Assembly (NCBI GenBank): GCA_963837215.1
Contig: CAWIML010000006.1
Coordinates: forward strand, 2,271 to 66,270
DNA from: an uncultured Chloroflexia bacterium
GTDB taxonomy: Bacteria > Chloroflexota > Limnocylindria > Limnocylindrales > CSP1-4
Direction: 5' to 3'
Length of the DNA stretch: 64,000 nucleotides
The translations under genes and the position numbers were made by a program. The stretch's first letter is position 1. Each line of letters starts with the position of its first letter. The notes below the pieces were generated by a model. It saw nothing but the letters and a program-made list of their open reading frames with translations. It was not told where the DNA came from and searched no databases. Of this stretch, positions 22,123 through 32,636 are shown piece after piece.

Positions 22123-23520
22123 TCAGTGGACGATCGACCAGCTCGGTGGCTCGTCCTCGCCCGGGTCTGATGCGCCGAACGTGCTGTCGTACTCGTCGTC
22201 CGTGATGGCTCTGAGGGTCGTCTTGTGGACCCAACCGGCCGCCCCGCTCGGGGTCCGCACGAATGTGTAGCTGCCCTGCTGGGCGACGATGTCGACCTCG
22301 TCGCCGCGATCGAGCCAGGCGACTTCGGTGCCCCGCACCTCGTCGGGCTGGTCGTAGACGCGCACCAGCCGATACGTCACGCGGGCTCGCTGTTCGGTCG
22401 ACTCTGCAGCGGCCGCGAAGACCATCGGGATGTGAGCCGGGATATCCCGCGTCGATGCCTTGCGGGCGGCCTGGAGCGAGGGACGCCGCCAGCGCGGCAT
22501 CTCCGTCTCCCCATACGGTGTCTCGGGCGCGGCCGCCGCGGCCATGGCCACAAGGGCCGGCCCGGCCGGAAGTTGTGGCATCGGCGAGGCGATATCACGA
22601 GCATCCATCGGTCCCGGCCCGAGCTCCGCGTAGCGACGCCGTGGGCGCGAGGCCAGCCAGATGAAGAGCACGATCCCGACGATCGCCGAGAACGTCGTCA
22701 GGAGCACGGACCACAGCCACGGGACCTGATCGAACGGTCCGCCGCCGAGGCCGCCGACGCCGCCGGGCAGCGAGGGGCCTGACGAGCCGCCTGATGGCCC
22801 GCCCCGATCGATCGGGCCGGGCGCGAGGACGATGGCGATCGGTGACTGCGAGGCGGTAGGGTCAGGATCGAGTGCCTCTCCCCGGGTCGACGTCGGGTCC
22901 GGAGTCGCGCCCGGGGTCGGGGTCGACTTCTGGGTCGGCTTCGGCTTGGGCTTGGTCGTGCTGCGCGGCTTGGCAGTCGCCGCTGGCTTGGGCTTTGGTT
23001 TGGCGGTCGGCTTCGGTGTCGGCTTGGGCGTCGGCTTCGGAGGCGGCGGCGTGACCACGATCGTGCCCGGAGAGACGCTCGAGAGTGAGACCGTCTTGGT
23101 GCCCTTGCCCGTTCCGCTCGTGGCGGAAAAGCTGTATGCGTAGGAACCGGCCGCCAGATTCCGGTCGACACGGAAGGTGACGCCTGCGCCCCAGTTCGAG
23201 CCCGATGCCGTCATCGTGACGGGCCCTACGCCGGAGATGACCACGACCACGCTCGACGGCGCGCAACCCGCGCTGTCGGAGTACTGGACCGCGAAATGGA
23301 AGTCCGTAGACGGGCCGCCGCTGCCTGGCGAGACGGTGCCGCCGGACAGGCTGGGCGCGTGCGATTGGCCGTTGCAGCTGGCGGCCACCACGCGCGGCGC
23401 GGGGCTGGTGAGGAGCAGGGCGACCGCGAGCATCGCAGCCGCGATGATGGCGGCGAGTGCGCGGTTGGCGGACCGCGTGGCTGACCAGTCGGTGATGGAT
23501 GGCATGTTGCGTTGAGGCAC
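22123..23520 (-). CDS. Type I membrane protein: signal/anchor, Ig-like ectodomain, Pro/Lys/Thr linker, TM, cytoplasmic SH3-like domain
   Basis: Intact 465 aa ORF with an N-terminal hydrophobic segment and a PKPTPKPTPKPTAKPKPKP linker. The TM is LWSVLLTTFSAIVGIVLFIWLA. The C-terminal YRLVRVYDQPDEVRGTEVAWLDRGDEVDIVAQQGSYTFVRTPSGAAGWVHKTTL resembles bacterial SH3. Confidence 0.7.
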   Translation of the reverse strand: MPQRNMPSITDWSATRSANRALAAIIAAAMLAVALLLTSPAPRVVAASCNGQSHAPSLSGGTVSPGSGGPSTDFHFAVQYSDSAGCAPSSVVVVISGVGPVTMTASGSNWGAGVTFRVDRNLAAGSYAYSFSATSGTGKGTKTVSLSSVSPGTIVVTPPPPKPTPKPTPKPTAKPKPKPAATAKPRSTTKPKPKPTQKSTPTPGATPDPTSTRGEALDPDPTASQSPIAIVLAPGPIDRGGPSGGSSGPSLPGGVGGLGGGPFDQVPWLWSVLLTTFSAIVGIVLFIWLASRPRRRYAELGPGPMDARDIASPMPQLPAGPALVAMAAAAAPETPYGETEMPRWRRPSLQAARKASTRDIPAHIPMVFAAAAESTEQRARVTYRLVRVYDQPDEVRGTEVAWLDRGDEVDIVAQQGSYTFVRTPSGAAGWVHKTTLRAITDDEYDSTFGASDPGEDEPPSWSIVH

Positions 23521-23755
23521 CCCTGAAATAGACCTTCGGCGTCGACCGTAGCAGCGGCGCCGCGTGCGGCGAATGGCCCGAAGGTCCGGGCGCCCTGATC
23601 CGCCTGGCTAGGCCTATCCGCGCACCAGACCGGTACCACAAGGGTATGTGCGCGCATGGTGGTGCAGGACTACAACATGCCTCTCGCGCCGGTGGCGTTG
23701 CCGACGCTCATGTCGGTGCGTGCCGACCGTCTGTAGATGGGGGTCGTGACTGCAC

Positions 23756-25516
23756 TTGGCCGTGCTTGACTGGAATGGCGATGCCCGGGCCGAGACCGAC
23801 GGCGCCGGGGTGGCATCGGTGCGCCGCCGCGTGGTCGTCGCGCTGGCGGTCATCTTCGTCGCCCAGGTCGTCCTCTGGACGATGCTCGGCGACCTCGAGT
23901 CGGGCGAGGGCGAGGTCGACCCGGTCATCGCCCTGCTTCGGGTGGTCGTCATCGGCGTCGCGCTGCCGCTCCTCATGGTCGTGCTCGCGCGCGCCATCCT
24001 TGCGCCGGCCGAACGGCTCGAGGCCGCCCGCGACCACTTCCGCCAGGAGTACGACCGTGCGCGCCTGACGGCGCTCCTCGATCCACTGACGGGGCTTGGC
24101 AACCACCGAGCATTCCAGGAGGAGCTGTCCCGACTCGTGGCCGACGCCCAGCGCGCCGAAACTCCGCTCGCGCTGCTGCTGGTGGACCTCGACGACCTGA
24201 AGCGCATCAACGACGAGCGCGGCCATGCCGGCGGGGATGCCGCCCTGGCCACGATGGGGCGGCTCCTGATGACCACGACGCGTCACGCTGACCGGGCATT
24301 TCGGATCGGCGGCGATGAGTTCGCCATCCTGATGCCCAACACCGACTCGATCACGGCGTATGCCTTCGCTCGACGCCTGCTGGTGGCGGCGGTCGAGACG
24401 GCGGCGGCGCTCGAGATAGCGGAAGCGGCCGACGTGTCGGAGGCGCACGAGAGGCTGGACGCGCAGGAGGTGGACACGCCCGAGATGCCCGACGACCGTG
24501 CGGCGCCCGGGCTTTCGTTCTCGGGCGGCATCGCCGGTCTGACCCCGGAAACGGGCGACAGCGGCCAGCTCTTCCGTCAGGCCGACGCGGCGCTCTACTG
24601 GTGCAAGCGCCATGGCCGGACCGACGTCCAGATCTTCGATCCCCAACGCCACGGTGCTTCCGGCGACGCGCGCACGACACCCGAGCTCGCGGCGGCCGTG
24701 GCTGCGGTCGCGGACCGGCGCCTCCTGCGACCCGTCTATCAGCCGATCTACAGCCTTGCCACCGGCAAGCCGATCGGCTTCGAGGGGCTCGTCCGGCCGC
24801 TGCCGGGCTCCGGCTTCTCGGACCCGAATTCGCTGTTCATGGCGGCTGAGGTGATCGGGCGGACCGTGGAGCTCGACATGGCCAGCATCGCGGTCGTGGC
24901 CCGCCACGCTCGCGACCTGGGTCCCGACCAGTATCTCGCTGCCAACCTCTCGCCGCGGACGCTCGAGACCGACCAGTTCCATGCAGCCGACCTGGTGGCG
25001 ATCTTCCGCGAGCATGGCATCGCACCATCGCGCGTCGTCCTCGAGCTGACCGAGCGCGAGACGGTCGAAGACATGACCCGATTGCGAGAGAGCATCGCAG
25101 CCTGTCGTGCTGCCGGCTTCAGGCTGGCGGCCGACGACGTCGGTGCCGGCAACGCCGGCCTCCGCCTCTTGAGCCAGGTCCGTTTCGACATCGTCAAGAT
25201 CGACCTGAGCCTCGTCCAGGTCGGCGTCCTGGAGGAATCGTCGCGGGCTGTGCTCCGCGCCCTGCGCGACCTGGCCGACCGCTGGAGCGCGACCATCGTC
25301 GCCGAAGGTGTCGAGACGCCGTCTCAGCTCGAAGTCGTCCACGGCCTGGGGATCGCCGCCGTCCAGGGTTACCTGCTCGGTCGGCCCGGCGACCGCCCGC
25401 GCGCCGATGACGTGGACGTCGATCAGCTCATCGGATCCGTCCGCTGGCGCAGTGACCTGGTGCCCGTGCCGGAGGAAGGCGTAGAGGACGAAGCGGCGGT
25501 GGGATCCGTCAGCTGA
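23756..25516 (+). CDS. Membrane GGDEF-EAL protein (diguanylate cyclase/phosphodiesterase)
   Basis: Intact 586 aa ORF with a TTG or nearby GTG start and two N-terminal TM helices. Motifs: LDPLTGLGNHRAF, RIGGDEFAIL, then QPIYSL..GFEGLVRP and DDVGAGNAGL..IVKIDLSLV. Confidence 0.9.
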   Translation: MAVLDWNGDARAETDGAGVASVRRRVVVALAVIFVAQVVLWTMLGDLESGEGEVDPVIALLRVVVIGVALPLLMVVLARAILAPAERLEAARDHFRQEYDRARLTALLDPLTGLGNHRAFQEELSRLVADAQRAETPLALLLVDLDDLKRINDERGHAGGDAALATMGRLLMTTTRHADRAFRIGGDEFAILMPNTDSITAYAFARRLLVAAVETAAALEIAEAADVSEAHERLDAQEVDTPEMPDDRAAPGLSFSGGIAGLTPETGDSGQLFRQADAALYWCKRHGRTDVQIFDPQRHGASGDARTTPELAAAVAAVADRRLLRPVYQPIYSLATGKPIGFEGLVRPLPGSGFSDPNSLFMAAEVIGRTVELDMASIAVVARHARDLGPDQYLAANLSPRTLETDQFHAADLVAIFREHGIAPSRVVLELTERETVEDMTRLRESIAACRAAGFRLAADDVGAGNAGLRLLSQVRFDIVKIDLSLVQVGVLEESSRAVLRALRDLADRWSATIVAEGVETPSQLEVVHGLGIAAVQGYLLGRPGDRPRADDVDVDQLIGSVRWRSDLVPVPEEGVEDEAAVGSVS

Positions 25517-25543
25517 GCGGGCGTACGCGATGGCCAGACGGCG

Positions 25544-26368
25544 CTAGGCGATGACGACGCCGTCGAGGCCCTCCTCGGCCTCGGGATAGGGGAGGTGCAG
25601 GTCGTCGAGCGTGTCGGCCAGGATGTCCGCCACGGCCAGGTTCCGGAACCACTTGCGGTTCGATGGGATGACGTACCAGGGCGCCGTGGCAGGCGAGCAA
25701 CGTTCGAGCATCTCCTCGTATGCCGCTGTGTATTCGTCCCACAGCGCACGCTCCTCGAGGTCGGCAGTCGAGAACTTCCAACGCTTCGCCGGGTCGTGCA
25801 GGCGCGCCTCCAGCCGCTCCTTCTGCTCGTCCCGGTCGATGAGCAGGAAGAACTTGAGGACCGTCGTGCCCGTCTCGACCAGGAGCTGCTCGAAGTCGTT
25901 GATCTGCTGATAACGCTGCCGCCAGGTCGCCTCCGGGACGAGTTCATGGACGCGCACGACCAGCACGTCCTCGTAGTGCGAGCGATTGAAGATGGTCACG
26001 CTGCCCTTGGGTGGGACGGGCTTGTGGGCACGCCACAGGAAGTCGTGGGCCAGCTCGTCCGGTGTCGGGACCTTGAAGCCGACCACGTCGCAGCCCTGCG
26101 GGTTGAATGCGCCCATCACGTGGCGAATGGTCCCGTCCTTGCCGGCCGTGTCGATCCCCTGGAGGATGACGAGGACGGCGTGCTCGCCGTTCGCCCAGAG
26201 GCGCTCCTGGAGATCGGTCAGGCGATCCACGCCGCGAGCCAGTTCCTCGAGCGCGGTCGACTTCTCGTGCCCGAATGCCTCCGCCGGGTCCCAGGCGGCG
26301 AGGTCGACCTTGGTTCCGGGGCGGACGAGAAGCCGTTCACGAAGGGTCGGAGTCGGGGCACTGGGCAT
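25544..26368 (-). CDS. Polyphosphate kinase 2 family protein
   Basis: Intact 274 aa ORF with VILQGIDTAGKDGTIRHV, DFLWRAHKPVPPKGSVTIFNRSHYEDVLVVRVH. Confidence 0.9.
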   Translation of the reverse strand: MPSAPTPTLRERLLVRPGTKVDLAAWDPAEAFGHEKSTALEELARGVDRLTDLQERLWANGEHAVLVILQGIDTAGKDGTIRHVMGAFNPQGCDVVGFKVPTPDELAHDFLWRAHKPVPPKGSVTIFNRSHYEDVLVVRVHELVPEATWRQRYQQINDFEQLLVETGTTVLKFFLLIDRDEQKERLEARLHDPAKRWKFSTADLEERALWDEYTAAYEEMLERCSPATAPWYVIPSNRKWFRNLAVADILADTLDDLHLPYPEAEEGLDGVVIA

Positions 26369-26421
26369 GGTCGCAGGATAGCGACTGCGGTCACGCGGCG
26401 AATCGCGCTACGATCGGCGCC

Positions 26422-27867
26422 ATGACCGCGATCACGGGGACCACGCCGCATCCCATCTACCTGGCCGGAACCTGGGCGACCTCGCCCGACATCCTGGAAG
26501 TCACCAACCCGGCGCACGCCGACGCCCCGGCCGGACGGACCTACAACGCGACGCCAGAACAGTACGAGGAGGCGGTCGAGGCCGCCGTGGCCGCGTTCCA
26601 GGAGACACGGCGCCTTCCCGCCTACGAGCGCGGTCGGGTCCTGCGCGAGATCAGCGTCGGCATCAAGGCTCGGCGGGAGGAGCTCGGTCGGACCATCGCC
26701 CTCGAGGCCGGCAAGCCCATCCGGGATGCGCTGGTCGAGGTCGATCGGGCGGTCCTCACCTTCCGCCTCGGCGCCGAGGAAGCCGAGCGGATGACGGGCG
26801 AGACCATCCCGCTCGACCTGATGCCCGCCTCGCGCGGTCGACTGGGCATCACGCGCCGCTTCCCGATCGGCCCCGTGGCCGCCATCAGCCCCTTCAACTT
26901 CCCGCTCAATCTGGCCGCCCACAAGCTCGCGCCGGCCATCGCTTCGGGCTGTTCGATCGTCCTCAAACCGCCGTCCAAGGATCCGCTGACGATGCTCGCG
27001 GTGGCCGAGATCGTGGCCGAGACCGGCCTGCCGCCGGGCGCCGTGAGCATCCTGCCCATGACCCGGGAGCTCGGCGACCGCATGGTGGCCGACGAGCGCT
27101 TCAAGCTGTTGACCTTCACGGGCAGCCCGGCCGTCGGCTGGCGGATGAAGGCGCGGGCGGGCAAGAAGCAGGTCGTCCTCGAGCTCGGCGGCAACGCAGG
27201 CGTCATCGTGGACCGCACCGCCGATCTCGACTGGGCGGTCAAGCGCATCCTCGTCGGCGCCTTCACGTACGCCGGCCAGGTCTGCATCAGCGTCCAGCGC
27301 CTGTTCGTCCACGACGAGATCTGGGAGCCGTTCATGGAACGGCTCGCCGAGGGCGCCCGAGACCTGCGCACCGGCGACCCGCTCGACCCCGAGACGGTCC
27401 TCGGCCCGATGGTCGATGAGGCCCAGGCCCAGCGCACGCAGCGCTGGGTCGAGGAAGCCGTTGCCCTCGGAGGCCGGGTCATCACCGGCGGCCGTGCCGA
27501 TGGGGCCTTCTTTCCGGCGACGATCCTGGCCGATGTGCCGACGCAGGCGCAGGTCTGCTCGAACGAGGCCTTTGCGCCGGTCGTCGTGGCCTTCCGCTAC
27601 GACGACTTCGACGAGGCCATCCGCGGGGTCAACGACTCCGACTACGGGCTCCAGACCGGCGTCTTCACCAACGACCTGACCCACGCTCGACGCGCGTTCG
27701 AGGAGCTGGAGGTCGGTGGCGTCATCGTCAACGACGTCCCGACCTACCGCATCGACCACATGCCGTACGGCGGCGTCAAGGATTCCGGGCTCGGCCGCGA
27801 AGGTCTCCGCTGGGCGATCGAGGACATGACCGAGATCCGGATCATGGTGCTCGCCGACCCGATGTAG
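26422..27867 (+). CDS. NAD(P)-dependent aldehyde dehydrogenase
   Basis: The internal ATG at 26422 of track ORF 26275..27867 begins MTAITGTTPHPIYLAG. Motifs: FNFPLNL, LELGGNAG, GQVCISVQR. Confidence 0.9.
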   Translation: MTAITGTTPHPIYLAGTWATSPDILEVTNPAHADAPAGRTYNATPEQYEEAVEAAVAAFQETRRLPAYERGRVLREISVGIKARREELGRTIALEAGKPIRDALVEVDRAVLTFRLGAEEAERMTGETIPLDLMPASRGRLGITRRFPIGPVAAISPFNFPLNLAAHKLAPAIASGCSIVLKPPSKDPLTMLAVAEIVAETGLPPGAVSILPMTRELGDRMVADERFKLLTFTGSPAVGWRMKARAGKKQVVLELGGNAGVIVDRTADLDWAVKRILVGAFTYAGQVCISVQRLFVHDEIWEPFMERLAEGARDLRTGDPLDPETVLGPMVDEAQAQRTQRWVEEAVALGGRVITGGRADGAFFPATILADVPTQAQVCSNEAFAPVVVAFRYDDFDEAIRGVNDSDYGLQTGVFTNDLTHARRAFEELEVGGVIVNDVPTYRIDHMPYGGVKDSGLGREGLRWAIEDMTEIRIMVLADPM

Positions 27868-28060
27868 CGGCGGGCCACGGCCCGGACCTTGGTACTGCTC
27901 CGCCGCCCCGGTCGCCCCATGGTGCCCGGAGCACAGATGCGCTTGGATGGTGCCTTGCGGCTCCACCGGCCGATCGTGCGTCGGACGGTTGAGCTTCGTC
28001 GCCCGGCGATGGCCGGACGACCCGAACGGATCGAGGCCCGATGCCGAAGGAACAGTCCCA

Positions 28061-30461
28061 GTGAGGACCGGCCGCAGCGCCACGTCGGAGCCGCTTCGCC
28101 TCGTCCGGGTGCGCCTGACGCTGGTCATCCTGGCGACCGCCGTGCTCCCGTTGGCGCTCGCGTTGGTCGTCCTGCCGGCGCTCGACAGTGCCGATCGGAA
28201 CGGCGAACAGGCCAGGGTCGGAGCCGCCAGCACGTCCCTCGCCGCGGCCGTCGGGAGCGAGCTGGAACGCGCCCGCGGCGCCCTCCTGATGGCCTCCGCC
28301 AACGCCGCCGTGGCCGAGGCCCTTCGGCCGGGCGCGGTCGCGGCGTGGACCGATCCGCGCCTGGCGGCCATGGCCGCCGTCGCCGGGGCATCGGTCGAGC
28401 GCATCGCCGTCCTCGGCGTCGACGGGACCGAGCGCATCGGCGTCGCGTGACGGAACCGTCGTCCAGCCGAAGCCAGCCACCGCCGATGACACACCTCCGG
28501 TCCGGGTGGCGGACGTCCTCGCCCTCGGCCCAGGACAGGTCGTCCGGTCGGGGCCCTTCGACGGCGCCGACGGAGACCCTCGGGTGATCCTCGCGACGCC
28601 CGTCGTCGATGCCACCGGTTCCACCGTTGGTGTCGTCGCTTTCGAGGTCCCCCTCATCCGATTGCTCGCCAACGGGACCGTCGGCAATCCCGACGGTGGC
28701 TACGCCCTCATCGTGGAAGCCGCCAGCGGTGACGTGATCGCCGACAGCCGCGCGGCCAGCGGCGACCCGGACGAGGTGGCCGCGGCCGGGCTGCCGCGCC
28801 TGGATCGTGCCGTCTTCGGCGCATTGGACCGCGCCGGGGAGGTCGTCGCGACGCTCTTCTCGGATGGCTGGAGCGTCGGGCTCGCACCGCTCCGTACCTC
28901 GGCGCAGGCGTTCGATGATTGGGCCCTGGTCGTCGCCAGGCCTGCCGGTTACCTGCCCATGCACCTGCTGGTCCCGCTCGCCCTCTTGGTCGGCGTCCTG
29001 GTCGTGCTCATCGTCTGGTTGTCGCGCCAGGTCATGCGACCGGCCGCCGAGCTGGAGCGCTCTCGCGTCGAGCTGCGCCGGCTCTATGAACGAGCGAAGG
29101 TGGACGCGCTGACCGACGGGCTCACCGGGCTCGGCAACCACCGTGCCTGGCAGGAGGCGTCGGCGCGCGAGGCCGAGCTTTCACGGCGTCACGGCACCAC
29201 CACCGCCCTCGTGCTCATCGACCTCGACGACTTCAAGCGTGTCAACGACGTGACCGGCCACGGCGCCGCGGACGAGCTGTTGCGCGGCTTCGGCGCGCTC
29301 ATGGCCAAGACCATCCGCTCGACCGACCGCGCGTTTCGCGTCGGCGGCGACGAGTTCGCGATCGTCATGCCGCAAGCGGACGCGGCGAGCGGCCTCATCC
29401 TTGCCCAGCGCCTCCTCGAGGCGGCCATGAGACCCGACGACGCAAGCCCGCTCGGCCGCTCGCTTGCGTTCTCGGCCGGCGTGGCGGCGACGCCGCTCGT
29501 CGCCCCCGAAGCCGGCGAGCTGTTCGCCGCCGCTGATGCCGCTCTCTTCTGGGCCAAGCGCCACGGTCGGGCCGCGGTCGAGGTCTACGATCCTGGGCGG
29601 CACCGACCGCAGCATGCCGCCGCCGGAGCGGCGGTCGTCGACCGCGTCGGCGATGTCATCACGCGGCGCGCCCTGCGACCGGTCTTCCAGCCCATCATCG
29701 ACCTCGCGAGCGGACGCGTCCTGGGCTACGAGGGCCTCGTCCGGCCGACCGCCGACGCCGGCTTCGCCGATCCCGGCAGCCTCTTCGCGGCGGCCGGGGC
29801 GTGCGACCGCGTGGTCGAGCTGGACATGACCTGCTTCGAGATCGTGAGCGCGGGCGCCGCAGCCATCGCGCCCGACCGGCTGGTCAGCATCAACCTCTCG
29901 CCTCGGACCCTCGAGGGCCCTGACTTCCAGGCCCAGCGCCTGGCCGACGTGCTCGCGGCGCAGGGCATCACCACCGACCGCGTCATCCTCGAGCTGACCG
30001 AGCGTGAGATGGTCGAGGACATGGAGCAGGTGCGGTCCAGCCTCGAGGCGTGTCGCGCCCTCGGCTTCCGTCTTGCGGCCGACGACGTCGGCGCCGGCAA
30101 CGCCGGCCTGCGCCTGCTCAGCCAGCTCGACTTCGACATCGTCAAGGTCGACCTCTCGCTCGTCCAGGGTGGCGCCATGCGCGACTCCTCACTGGCCGTC
30201 CTGCGCTCGCTCATCGACCTCGCCGGCCGTTGGGGCGCGATGGTCGTGGCCGAGGGTGTCGAGACCCCCGAGCAGTTCAAGGTGGTGCGCGATCTCGGCG
30301 CCAAGGCAGCCCAGGGTTACCTGCTCGGCCGGCCGTCGGAGTCGCTGGCCGAGGGGCCCGTGGATGTCGAACAGATCCTCGCGCGCGTCGCTCCCGTCGC
30401 CACGAGAGGCGCGGTTCTCAGCCGCACCCATGCGGGAGACGGGACCAGCCTGAGCTGCTGA
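28061..30461 (+). CDS. Membrane sensor (periplasmic Cache-like region) GGDEF-EAL protein (one frame change near ~28445)
   Basis: Track ORF 27947..28450 contains a GTG at 28061 after GAAGGA, a TM (LTLVILATAVLPLALALVVL) and a periplasmic region. It continues in the frame of track ORF 28506..30461 (..RDGTVVQPKP..), which holds a second TM, then LTGLGNHRAW, RVGGDEFAIV, QPIIDL..GYEGLVRP. Paralog of 23756..25516. Confidence 0.8.
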
Positions 30462-30624
30462 CGCGCGTCGTTGACGCCGTCGCGAGGCGTCGCGGCGCGT
30501 GGTGCGCGCGGTCACCACTGTTCGGCTCGAACCGTCCCTAACCTCACCGAACCACCCCGCACCCCCTTGACGGCCAGGTGCGGAGCGGGGTAGAACGGAG
30601 CTCGGTCTCATCCTCGACCCGCTC

Positions 30625-30730
30625 GGATCCACCCCGCCCGCACTCATCTCTCGTCTCATCCGTTCGCGGTCCCCGAGACCGGGCGGGGGATCCCTGGTGT
30701 CCCGAGCGCCCGGGGTCCCCGTCATGTCCA
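30625..30730 (+). repeat. Intergenic repeat element, copy A (short form)
   Basis: GGATCCACCCCGCCCG (30625-30640) pairs with CGGGCGGGGGATCC (30680-30693). The core TCTCATCCGTTCGCGGTCCCCGAGACCGGGCGGGGG..GGGGTCCCCGTCATGTCC recurs at 34745-34795. Confidence 0.5.
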
Positions 30731-30794
30731 GTACCTGCCCTGATCCACGGTCGGACCGCGCCGACGCTGGACGACCCGGAGTAGCGTGTAGCCG

Positions 30795-32606
30795 ATGGCC
30801 AGGCCACGACGGGCGGTACCGACCGGGACGCTGACCTTCCTGTTCAGCGACATCGAGGATTCGACTCGCCTCGTCCAGGAGCTCGACACGGCGCGCTACC
30901 GCGAGTTGCTCGAGCAGCATCAGCGCCTCCTTCGCAGCGCCTTCGCGGCGCACGGCGGGATGGAACGAGGAACTGAAGGCGACTCCTTCTTCGTGGTCTT
31001 TCGAGACGCACCGTCGGCCGTCGCCGCGGCGGTCGAGGCGCAGCGATCGTTACGGGCGGCCGCCTGGCCGACGGGCCACGAAGTCCACGTCCGCATGGGC
31101 CTCCATAGCGGGGAGGGGATCCGCGGCGGCGACGACTACGTCGGCGTCGACGTCAACCGGGCCGCCCGGATCGCCGCGGCCGCCCATGGCGACCAAGTCC
31201 TCGATCTCGGAGTCGACGCGGGCGCTGTCGCGTCGGTCCCTCCCCGATGACCTCGAGCTGCGTGACCTCGGCTGGCACAGACTCCGTGGTCTGGGCGAAC
31301 CTGAGCAGACTCTACCAGGTTACGATCGCAGGCCTGGCATCGAGCTTCCCGGCGCCACGCAGCGAATTGGTCGCTGCGACGCATCTGCCGATCCGGATGA
31401 CCAGCTTCATAGGCCGCGAGACCGAGCTCGACCGACTTCGAGGATCTCGTTGCCACGAGCCGCCTGGTCACCCTCGTGGGGCCTGGCGGCACGGGTAAGA
31501 CCTCGCTCGCCACGGAGTGCGCTCGCGATGCAGCGGCGGCCTTCAGCGACGGCGTCTGGTTCGTGGGCCTCGATTTCATCACGGATCCCGAGCTCGTGGC
31601 GAGCGCCGTCGTCGGCGCCCTCGACCTGCGAGACATGACGGGTCGGCCCGCCCGGGAGCGGCTGAGGGAGAACGTTGCGAACCGATCGCTGCTCTTGGTG
31701 CTCGACAACTTTGAACACCTGCTGGCGGCGGCCGGTCTGGTCGCAGAGCTCTTGTCGGTCGCTCCGCTGATCAGGTTCCTGGTCACGAGCCGCGCACCGT
31801 TGCACCTGGCGGCCGAGCACATCTACCCCGTCGGCCCGCTGCCCCTGCCGGCGCCATCGGCGATGCTCGAAGGCTCGGGGCTCGATGAGCTGCTGGCGGT
31901 CCCCTCGGCCAGGCTGTTCGTCGATCGCGCGCAAACAGGTCCAGCCGTCGTTCACGCTCACGAACGAGAACGCGGCCGCCATCGCCGAGATCTGCGCCCG
32001 CTTGGATGGCCTGCCGCTTGCGATCGAGCTGGCGGCAGCGCGGTTGCCGCTGCATGCAGCAAACGGCAGCCGGCCTCGACAGGCTCGGCGCCTCGCACTC
32101 CCTGCGGCGCTGGCGGTGGATGCGCCGGCGCGCCGCGAACGTTGCACGAGACGATCGCCGCGGACTGGCGCTGGGACGCCTGCAGTGTCCCGAGCGGCCC
32201 GGGGTCCTTCGTCCACTTGACCTGATCCCGGCCGCGCCACGGCGCGCGGCCCAGCAGCGGATCGGGCAGACCGTCCATCCTGATCAGCTCCACATACCGA
32301 GCGAGTGACCCCGCGGCGACGACGTTGATCCTGCCGCTGGAAGCGCTCGCCGCGATCGACCTGGACCGTCCCGAAGACGCCGCCAAGATCCTCGGCGCGT
32401 CCGAGTCCCTCTCCAGCCGCTTCGGCATCCGGCCGCCCAGTGGCTTGGCCAACGTCCTCATGGCGTTCGACGCCACCGGAGAAGCGAGGGAGGCCCTTGG
32501 ACCGGCGGCCTTCGAGGCGGCGAAACAACGCGGCCGCGAGATGACGCAGCCGGAGATTCTCGACCTCTTGGTCGGCATGGCTCGAGACGCCGGCGTCACG
32601 GCCTAG
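30795..32606 (+). pseudogene. Decayed class III cyclase / STAND ATPase / helical-repeat gene (paralog of 8250..11469)
   Basis: Track ORF 30795..31250 is an intact cyclase domain (TFLFSDIEDSTRL, GDSFFVVF, GLHSGEG, GVDVNRAARI). The remainder is pieced from ORFs 31186.., 31247.., 31476.. (GPGGTGKTSLA, LLLVLDNFEH), 31885.. ([16 protein letters not shown]) and 32325..32606. At least six frame changes are needed, and the total length is far shorter than the intact paralog. Confidence 0.75.
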
Positions 32607-32636
32607 AGCAGGGGAGCCAGCCGCTACACTTGCCTC

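Noticed and set aside
23708-28494. Minus-strand ORFs 23708..25342 (544 aa) and 26218..28494 (758 aa)
   Set aside because: They lie antisense to the GGDEF-EAL gene and to the aldehyde dehydrogenase and sensor genes, all of which have strong family signatures on the plus strand.
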